64,000 nt of DNA from Camelus ferus. Taxonomy: Eukaryota. The stretch covers positions 32,552,001 to 32,616,000 of the forward strand of contig NC_045697.1 of assembly GCF_009834535.1 (NCBI RefSeq), in the 5' to 3' direction. Below the pieces are notes generated by a model that saw only the letters and a program-made list of their open reading frames with translations, was not told the origin of the DNA and did not search any database. Shown here in pieces: positions 54,545 to 64,000 of this stretch (position 1 is the stretch's first letter; each line of letters begins with the position of its first letter). The position numbers were made by a program, and so were the translations under genes.

Positions 54545-55330
54545 TTTTACTCTTTGCTACTATCAACATTTTCATAGATACATCTCAAATAGATTTCCCA
54601 CTCTATTGTTCTGCTCTTGCGTTTTCAATTCATTCTCCACCCAAAAGTCAGAATAATTTTTTTTAACATAAAGAGATAATTGTACTCTGTTGCTCATATT
54701 TCAATTGTTTTAAATTACACTTAAAAGGAAAATCCAAACTCCTTAATCTGATTTCCATCCCTGAAGTTATTTGACTTTTGCTTAGAACTACAACTTACTC
54801 TTTCTCCACTTCATTCACTACAGTTTTATTTTCTGTTCCTGAAACATGCCAAATTTTATTCAGATACTGTGGACTCCCAGTATCTGAGAGACTGGTTCCA
54901 GGACCCCTGCAAATACCCAAAGCCTTGGATGCTCAAGTCCCTTTATAAAATGATGCAGTATTTGCATATAAACTTTACATGTCTTCTCATATACTTCAAT
55001 CTCTCCCTTACTTATTATACCTAATACAATGTAAATACTATGTTAATAGGTTTAAATATAATGTAAGTATTATGTAAATAGTTGCCAGCATGTGGCAAAT
55101 TCAACTTTTTCTTTTTGAAATTTTCTGGAATATTTTTGATCTTCTGTTGGTTGAATCCATGACTGTAGAACCTGAGGAAAGGGAGGACCAACTGTATTGA
55201 GATTATTTGTTCCTATGACTGTACTATTTTCCCCCATGTTTGTTGCTCGGCTGACTCCTTCCTTGTCTTTCAGATTTCAACTAAAATGTCCTTCTGCAGA
55301 GAAACCTTCCCTGACAACAACACAGTTGAA
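54545..55330 (+). mobile_element. L2 3' fragment split by MER2
   Basis: ttcattctccacccaaaagtcaga, aaatccaaactcctta, ttctgttcctgaaacatgcc, then ggctgactcctt...ccttccctgac. Confidence 0.6.
54867..55194 (+). mobile_element. MER2 (MER2B-like) Tigger-family DNA transposon
   Basis: ggttccaggacccc, ggatgctcaagtccc, tacctaatacaatgtaaat, gttgaatcca...caactg; TA on both sides. Confidence 0.85.
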
Positions 55331-55704
55331 ATGATCTTTCTACATCACTAATATGATTGTTTTGAGCACCTGCTTAACATTTTCCATGATCTCTCCATTA
55401 ACTTCAGAATAATTCCTAGATTATTATGGCAAGACACTTCATGAGATAATCAGTGTTGAACTGTCTTTTCCCATCTCCTGTAATTCCCTCCAACACTCTC
55501 ATTTATTACACCTATCCTCAAATAATATAGTTCACTGAATACTTTCTGATGTTTCAACACTCAGTGCTTGTATATAGGCAACTAAGAAAGAGCTTTGGGT
55601 TTTTTTTTCTTTCTGTTTTTGTTTTGTTTTGTTTTGTTGTGTTTTATAGAATCTCTTGCCTATAGTCCATTGCTATAAACGCCTTAAAGACAGAAGCCTG
55701 CTAT

Positions 55705-55840
55705 GAAATGGAGATAAAGTTTCAGTTATTTAAGATAATGAAGTTCTAGAGATCTTCTGTGTAACACTGTACTTACAGTTAATAATGCTTTATTGTACAC
55801 TTAAACTTTTGTTAAGATAATAAATATAAATAAAAATAAA
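55705..55840 (+). mobile_element. L1MA-type 3' UTR fragment
   Basis: aaagtttcagtta...aagttctagagatct...acagttaataat...attgtacacttaaa. Confidence 0.65.
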
Positions 55841-56339
55841 CTTCTTTCTTTATTTTTACTGCAATAAGAACACATCTCATGATGCAGTAAAAATAGAGAA
55901 ATAAGTTTCTTTTTACCCTATGCTTGGCAAAATGTGTGGTATAATATATGATACTGGCAATACATATATATATATACACACACATATATATATGATATAT
56001 ATACATATATATATATATGATACTGGCAATGTTTTAAAATAAATACAATTTTAAATAAATAAATTTAATTTCATAATCTTTATATAGCTACATACCAACC
56101 CCAAATTGTACAGTCACTTGAGAGTTAGGTTGGCTATATTCTTCCTACCCTATCTCCTGTATTTACCAAACTTTACATTTCTTATTGCTCCTGAATTACA
56201 ACTACATGAAAATAAACATGCAAGTTGGCAAAATTTGTTATTACTCAAAGCATAGAATGATAATAGTTAGGATGTGGAGGTATATTTGAGAAATTATTTT
56301 AGATGCTTTTCAAACATTGCTTAAGAACAGTCTAGACCT

Positions 56340-56486
56340 GGGGGAGTATAGCTCAATGGTTAGAGTGCTTGCTTAGCATGAACAAGGTCTTGGGCTCAAT
56401 TCTCAGTACGTCCATTAAATAAACAAACAAACAAACCTAATTACTGCCCCTCAAAATAAATAAAAGTCCCTTAAAAAAAAGAAAAA
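56340..56486 (+). mobile_element. tRNA-derived SINE (camelid Vic-1-like)
   Basis: ggggagtatagctcaatggttagagtgcttgcttagcatgaacaaggtcttgggctcaattctcagtac; A box and degenerate B box; (AAAC)n-cctaattac tail and A tail. Confidence 0.85.
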
Positions 56487-56596
56487 GAATAGACCACTGT
56501 TGAGCCCTCTTTGAGACAGCTGTCATGCAAGTACCTACCCCCACCTCTGTAAGTAGTATTTTTGCTCACTTGATTGTTTCTTTGATAAAGTCTTCT

Positions 56597-58020
56597 TAAA
56601 TTCTTAGAAACATAAAACATGCCAAGACTGAATCATAAAGAAATAAAAGGCCCAAACAAACCAATAACAAGTAAGGAGATGGAAGCAGTAATCAAAAACC
56701 TACCTATAAAAACCAGAACCATATGGTTTTACAACCAAACATTTAAAGACTTAATGCCAATCCTTCTCAAATTCTTCAAAAAAATTTGAAGACAGGAGAA
56801 CACTCCCAAAATGACTTTATTAGCCCTACATTACCTGATACCAAAGCCAGATAACGATACTACAAAAAGAGAGAAAGTTACAGAACACTATCCGCAATGA
56901 ACATAGATGCAAAAATCCTTAACAAAATACTAGTAAATTGGATTCGACAGCACATTAAAAGGACCACACGCTATGATCAAGTGGGATTTATCCTCGGGAG
57001 TCAAGGATGGTTCAATACACACCAATCTATGTGATACACTGCATTAATAGAATGAAGAATAAAAATCACATGATCATCTCAAGAGATGGAAGAAAAATGC
57101 TTAAAAAAATTCAACACACTTTTATAAGAACTGTCTACAAACTAGGCATAGAAGGAGTGAACCTCAACATCATGAAGCTGTATATGACAAGGACACAGCT
57201 AAATCTCATGTCAGTCATGAAAAAGTGAAACCTCTTCCTCTAAGATCAGGAACAAACAAGGACACCAATTTCTGCAAACTTCATTCAATACAGCACTGAA
57301 AGTCCCAGCCAGAGCCATTAATTACAAAAAAAAAAAAAAAAAAAAGAAAGAAAGAATAACCATATTGGAAAGAAAGTAGCAAAATTATGTTTGAGATGTC
57401 ATGATTTATTATGTAGAAAATCCTAAATACCCCTCAGAAATAACACCCCAAGCTATTCAAACTAATAAATGAATTCAATAAAGTTGCAGGATACAAAATC
57501 AACATATATATATTAGATATGTTTCTATATACCAATAGGGAACAAACTGAAAAGGCAATTTAAAAACCAGTCCCAATTACAATAGCATCAAAAAGAGTAA
57601 AATACTTAGGAATAAACTTAACTAAGGAAGTGAAAGATCTACACACTGAGAACTACAAAATGTCAGTGTAAGAAATTAAAGCAGACACAGATAAATGAAA
57701 AGATATTCCATGTTCATCAATTGGATAAATTAACATTGTTAAAACAACCATACTACCCAAAGAGATCTACAGATTCAATAAAATCTCTATCAAAATCACA
57801 ATGGCATCTTTCATAGAAGTAGAGAAAAATCCAAAATTCATATGGAACTATAAAGGACCCTGAATAGCCAAAGCAATCTTGAGAAATAAGAACCAAGCTG
57901 GAGCCATAACACCTTCTGATTTCAAACTGTATTACAAAGCTACAGTAATTAAAGCAGTATGGTACCAGCATAAAAACAGACACATAGACCAGTGGAACAG
58001 AATAGAGAGTCCAGAAATAT
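56597..58020 (+). mobile_element. Decayed L1 ORF2 segment
   Basis: ctgataccaaagccaga, gatgcaaaaatccttaacaaaatactag, gatcaagtgggatttatcc; ORF 57879 [43 protein letters not shown]. Confidence 0.9.
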
Positions 58021-58254
58021 ACAGATATATATGCATGTGTGTGTACATATATAAGATATACATATATACCTTATAACTAATAGGAAAATTTAGAAGATAA
58101 AAATTCCTTACATAACATCTCAATTTTTTACCCTTTTCAAATTTAAATAAACTTGGGAGATCATCAAACTGTTTTACCTTAGACCAAGAATAAAAGTTTT
58201 AGTCCTGTCTTATATACTTACTGTTATTAAAAAATAAAACAAAACAAAAATACC

Positions 58255-59110
58255 CTCTTATCAGTCAATAACAAAAAAAAGTAAAGAAGAAAAACAGTAA
58301 AAATGGGTTATCTACCTCAACAGAAATTTCACAATCAGAAACATATAAATTGCAAATAAGCACATGAAAATGTGCTCAGAAGTATTACTCCTGAGGGAAT
58401 GTGATTAAAACTATAGTAAGATGCAACTTTGCACCCACTAGAATCACTAAGTTTTAAAGAAGTGATTGCAATAATACTGGCACAGATATGGAGCAACTTG
58501 AATGCTCAAATATTGTTAATGGAGGTGTTAAATAATATAACCGTTTTCTTAAACTCTTTGGCAGCTTCCTTTGCTATTAATAGATACCTACAAATTGACT
58601 CAGTAATTCTATTCCGAGGTACAATTTGTCAAAGATAAAAGAACACTTACATGTGCAAAAATTTTTCACAAGAATGGTCAATAGCAAGTTTGTTAATAAT
58701 CAAATAGTTGAAACAACACAAATGTCTATCAACAGATGAACAAATTATGAATTTCATAGAATAAAATATTATTTGTCTGGTGTATATATTAACATATTAA
58801 CATAATCGATTCAAAAACATTATTTTCAAAGATAGAAGGAAGACACCAAAGAGGGCATAATATATGATTCAATTTAAATAAAAGTCAGCAAACCAACTTA
58901 AAGTAATAGCAATCATATAAATGGTTTCCAATGGAGGTGTGCAGATGAACTGGAAGGGGACATAGGCAGACTTTCTTAAGTAATGAAAATACTCCATAAT
59001 TTGTCTAAGGCATTATTTATGTGGCTGAGTACACTGGTCAGCACACATTAAGTTGTATCCTTAAGATTTATTTCTATTGTATGAAATTTACCACCACCCC
59101 CACCCAAAAA
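58255..59110 (+). mobile_element. Ancient L1 3' end (L1ME/MD-like)
   Basis: gcaaataagcacatgaaaatgtgctca, gactcagtaattctattcc, caaatgtctatcaacagatga, tatgattcaatttaaataaaag. Confidence 0.7.
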
Positions 59111-59199
59111 ACCTTCAATGAATTGTATTTGTCTTTAAAGTTTGTCTATTTTCATCAGTATAGAGTTGATATTTTGAAGAAGGACAAAAGTAGGAGATT

Positions 59200-59840
59200 C
59201 CCCAAGTTGAAAGTGATAGAGCTGAGAATATGAGGAAACCAAGGCCTCTGGAATTCACAAGGCAGAGTTCTGGAAAGGAGAGCTGCTCAGGGGAGAACTC
59301 CAAAGAACTTCAGAAGGTGGCCCTTTAGTATTCATCAGAATATTGATCAGCATGTGCTTGTGAGGAAACCACCCAAGATGTGGAAAGAAAAAATAGCTGA
59401 AAGTATTAGAGGGAACAGTACCTGATATTCTCTGGGACAGTACCTGGAATAGTTCCTGTTTCCAAGAGCCAGGCTGAAAAACTGCATAACTCATGAGTAT
59501 TCAGAATTGTCTCGCTTCAGTAGTGGGGAATAATTTAGCCATAAACTAGATGCGGCTCTGGTTTTACCTAACACGTCTTAAAACCAAGACCCAAAAGGTC
59601 AAACAGTATTCAACTTTCTTAAATGTGCCTCAGAGCAAAGTTCAGAAATGGGAATACAAACTATCCAGGATCCCAAAATTTTGAATTTATAATGGCTGGC
59701 ATTCAATTAACTACCAAGCACACAAAGAAGAAATAAAATAAGACCTATAAAAAAGAAAAATCAATCCAAATGACCCATTACTGACACATATGAAATACAG
59801 AGATATGCATTCCACATATTCAATAGTTAAAGGAACAATT
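59200..59840 (+). mobile_element. Old L1M 5'-region fragment
   Basis: agtattcatcagaatattgatcagcatgtgcttgtgaggaaaccaccc resembles L1MC/MD 5'-end consensus. Confidence 0.45.
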
Positions 59841-59845
59841 GGCAT

Positions 59846-60245
59846 TATAGTATTTTGCTTAGGTCACCATAACAAAATACTGCAAACTGTATGGCTTCAT
59901 GAATGGAAATTTATTTCTTTTCACAATTCTGGAGACTAGAAGTCCAAGATCAAGGTGTCAGCAGGGTTGGTTTCTGGTGAGATCTCATTTCCTGGCCTAT
60001 AGAAGGCTGCCTTCTAAGTGTCCTCACATGGCCTTTCTGCTATTCACATATATTTCTGGTATCTCTTCCTTTTCTCTTAAGGACACCAATCAGATTGCAT
60101 TAGGGCCCACCCTAAGGACTCATTTTAACTTAATTACCTATTTAAAGGCTCTATCATGAAATACAGTTACTCTCTAAGTACTGAAGGTTAAGGCTTAAAC
60201 ATATGATATGTGAGCAGAGGGAACAACACAGTTTAGTACATAACA
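59846..60245 (-). mobile_element. MLT1B-like MaLR solo LTR
   Basis: ttctggagactagaagtccaagatcaaggtgtcagcagggttgg, attagggcccaccctaa, end cataaca; near-TSD ggcat/gacat. Confidence 0.85.
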
Positions 60246-60759
60246 GACATGTTACATAAAAAACATTGTCCATTAAAAGTGTTACATAGAGACATGTAAC
60301 AAACATGTTACACATATATTTTCTAAATGTATGTATGCATGTGTGTGTATATAAAAGTGTGTATATACATACGCTGATTGAAATTCCCAAGTTGAAAATT
60401 ACTATGTCTGAGATGAAAATGGGCAGATTAAAGGCAGATTTTACATTCACAAACTGAATAAATTTTATGGAAAAAAATAATATGTTGAAAAATATATGCA
60501 GAAATAAGTTACAAGCACAAGTCAGTTCCTATTGTTTCCCTGCTGACTTGGAAGGGAAAAAATGAATGCAAAGTAAAAAGTTCATTAAAGACAGCATTAA
60601 AGGTCAGCCTTTGGTTTTCTGAAATATAGCATTCCATGACAGCCTTATGAATTCATCTCTCAAAGGTTAGGAAGAACTTTTTGGCAAGAGACTTGCTGAT
60701 CTATCTCAGCTTTTCGTAGAAAAATCCCAACCGTTTGTACTGTTTTGGAACAAGCAACA

Positions 60760-60945
60760 GCCTGGACTGGACTCAATTCAGGTTTAATTCCAATTCTAGT
60801 ACTACCATGTGAAAATGTAGTCAAGTTAGTTAGTATCTTGAGGCCTAAATTTTTACTGCTAATAAGGATAGTCATACCTAACTCATAAATTGCAATGTGG
60901 ATTAATAAAGTGACATACTTTAAAAGTCCAGTCTAGTGCCTGGTT
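60760..60945 (+). mobile_element. MIR SINE
   Basis: ggtttaattccaattct...tcttgaggcctaaatttt...aataaggatagtcatacct...tagtgcctgg. Confidence 0.6.
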
Positions 60946-63900
60946 TAATTAAATTACTTTCCCTTAATAACCGGGATAAAATGCCCAGGAAAAAAAAGTT
61001 CTTAACCAGATAACATAAAGATTAAGAGACACATGGCAATTTCCAAGTAATGGAAATGGAGACTGTAATTTGGAGTAATATTTATATTGCTATAAAATAT
61101 CAAACACACAAAATAGCTTGAAATTTGAAGAAAAAATATAACTTGTGTTACATGTATAGTCAAATTTGGGTGGGTGTTTTTGTATCTTCAAAAGATCTTT
61201 ATGAGTAAAATATGCTAAGAAACAAGAAGTAAAGTATAATTTAAAAATTAAGGTAATCAGTTTAAGAATTAAGATTGCAGACAATTACTATAATAAAAAG
61301 TGTCTCCAAAAAGAACCAATCAGACATACATATACATACAATAATAAACACAAGAAGTTGCTAAAGCTAATACAAGAGAGCAGATTTCCATCTGGTGGAA
61401 GAGTTATTAGGTTATTTTAAGCTATGAAAGAGGGGGATCTCCACTTAATTTGTAGAGTTTAGCAAACAGTTAATTTGAATATCCACATATTAAAGGCAAA
61501 AGCTTAATCCCAGAAGCACAGGGGTTGAGAGAGTTCAAGGTCTCCTCAGCAAGTCAACCTGGGCTGGACACAGAGGCAGTGTTGGGTTGAAAGGATTAGG
61601 AATCAAAGCCAAAAATGAGATGCCAGCAGTCCTAGAACTGTGGAAACTTGACAGTTGTTTGTGGTTACGGCTAGACTTGGGCTGCAAGGGCAGAGATACT
61701 TAACTCCTCTGAGGGGAGTTGCGAAATAAAGAGTCTAACAAATATGACCCATAGATCTGGGAGGAGGATGGTGTTTCCATTAGTGTTGAATGAATAAAAA
61801 TGATGAAAAAGGCAAAACCAATAACTTGGCCAGGATTGTTGCCCAGGGTGAATATACTACTGAAGGTTTCACTTCTATGTACCATCTTTTATCATAGTAA
61901 GTCAGAATAATAAACTTTCCCTTTAATGGACAATTCAAGGTACCTGTAATACATGATGCTGCTTAAAACCTTTCATGTGGCTACAGTCCAGCAGCCAGAG
62001 TCAGCCTTCAAACTGAATAAAAATACTTCTTTTGGGGGAACAGGGGGGAGAAAAATGACTCTGAAGCAAAGGAAGCAAGAGGCAGTATTGTAAAGAAAAT
62101 GGAGACAGAAAATGAGACTCTCTCTAAATAACTATCTCTTATTCATTCTTCATGACTGGCTGTGCTGGAAGAATGTGGTTAAAAGAGTAATGTTCTTCTA
62201 TCTGAAGTAAAGAATACGTTTTCCTGCATGTCCTGAAAAAGTCAGTGTCATCACAGGAGTTTACTCATCATTATAATGAGTGTATTATAGCTTCATGAGC
62301 TTATTATTTATTGCTGCCATAGTCTCTCGCTTATGGTAGGTTACTTGGTAAATTTAAGTTTTGTAATATTTACTGCAATGTACTGTACTTTAAGAATATC
62401 TTTTTCAAAAATCCCTAGTTACCTTCTAGTACAGTGTATATGTACAAAGGAAATTCAGTAAGTACTGCTGTATCTGTCCCTGTGATACAGGAATTTCCTA
62501 ACTATCCCCAGATATTTTCTCTTGCCTATCTTTTGTCTGAATGTATTTATTTATGCACAAACATTCATTTCAGTAAGGTAGTAATCCTTAATATCACCAA
62601 AGACACGGCAGACTGCTCATTCTATGTGCACACATCGTATATGCATTTAACCCTGGAAGGATGTTTGTGTAAAAAGCTATCTGCGAGACTTCAAGCTGAA
62701 TGTTTCTTTGAAACTAGAAACTGACGTAGGAAATGATGAAATATGGGCCAATAGACTCGGGAATTCTCTTTATTTTGTATTTGTTCAGAAAGTGTCTTGA
62801 GATTTTTCTACTGCTGTTGCCACTTTCAACTTGGATAGCCACTGGGGAAGAGTTGAAAAGAGATCTTATCCAAGTCAGTGCCCATCTTTCTCATTATTTT
62901 ACTCCATTGTTAGCTTTTTTTTTCCCCTTTAGGAGATTCTCTCAAATTATTCTTCTGTGTTGTAGTTAAAAGGCCAGTTTTCTACAGTAAGGAGTCACAC
63001 AGGAATTTCATAAATGCCCAGAAAAGTCTTAAAATTTTTATCTTTTGCTTTTTCTAATGAACTGACTACTCTAAAAATATGTGTATTACCATTTATTGAG
63101 AACTTTCTATGTGATAAGCATTGTGCTAAATGCCTACATAATTTTTTTCTAACTTGTGATTGACAGAAATGCAACTAAGATTAGTTTAAACAAAACTGGA
63201 AACATACTGGCTCAAAAATCCAATCAAACTTGAAGATCTGGGCTTTCTTAGAGGCAAAGGTAGAGGTGAAATTCAGTGGGTAAAGTAAATAACTTTTAAA
63301 AACACTTGCCCTAGCAACTCAGAGCCAAGCTCAGTTAGAGCCAAAAGTCCTAACAGGACACTTGCGTTGTAACAAAAACAGCAAATGTGATTTAAATAGA
63401 GAATAAACTGAAATTAGCTTAATCTCGTTATTAATCCCTGCTATATCTGGAAAGGCAAGGAGGAGTGGTTCACTGATATAAAAATTATTATTGGATAATC
63501 ATGAACATTCATGGACACCAGAATATAATTCTGCAAGTTATTTACTTTACTCACTGAATCTCTCATCTTGAACATCTGATTTTCCCTTTCATTCACTTTC
63601 TCCTAGGGTATCCCACTCCACCTCCATTGTTATACACCTGTATGCATGGGGTCAGAAATTCCAGTTAATTGTTGCATGGGACATCTTTGACAGGACTGGA
63701 AGGGAAACAAAATATTTTTCCAGTATGGAAGTCAAGGAAGGGAACTGGAATGGAATTTTGCACTCTTCAGGCTCTGTGATCTGGAAGGGTTCATTGGCCC
63801 TGCAGAGTAAAAGCCTACAGTCATAGCACATTTTCTTCTAAATAATAATAACTGCTTCTTATAACATTACTTGGTGATTTTGTGTTAAATGAGTTATTCA

Positions 63901-64000
63901 TTTTCTTTTTTCCATTTAACTTAAGACCTGCCTCCACAAAAATGATGAAGAAAGCATGAAATAGTAAATAATCTTATGGTTACTGGGGGAAAGGGAGTGG

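Noticed and set aside
56340..56415. tRNA gene
   Set aside because: Degenerate B box, SINE tail and A tail, and a second diverged copy in the window: a SINE, not a tRNA
59200..60397. cccaagttgaaa direct repeat ~1.2 kb apart as a TSD
   Set aside because: The enclosed DNA is a mix of old L1 and MLT1B with no tail; likely coincidence

Overview
This is AT-rich, CpG-poor mammalian DNA, intergenic or deep-intronic, with no recognisable host protein-coding gene, CpG island, or rRNA/tRNA gene. Two tRNA-derived SINEs resembling the camelid Vic-1 family, plus lineage-type L1 3' UTRs, suggest a camelid (inference). Much of the window is interspersed repeat: (1) a young 5'-truncated L1 with a perfect 18-bp TSD (24697-26892); (2) an old L1MC-type element with a nested younger L1; (3) a decayed ERV-L pol; (4) MaLR/ERVL/ERV1 solo LTRs; (5) L2, MIR, MER2 and MER5 relics and microsatellites. 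The most unusual structure is 33647-34402. It looks like an ERV transcript 3' end (internal sequence, PPT, U3-R, poly(A), no U5) inserted by L1 machinery with a long TSD at a TT/AAAA site. A twin-priming L1 inversion, a possible SINE-L1 chimera and several weak exon candidates are also reported. Repeat family names come from recalled consensus similarity, not a database search, and old-repeat boundaries are approximate. I see no strong evidence for a wholly new biological system.
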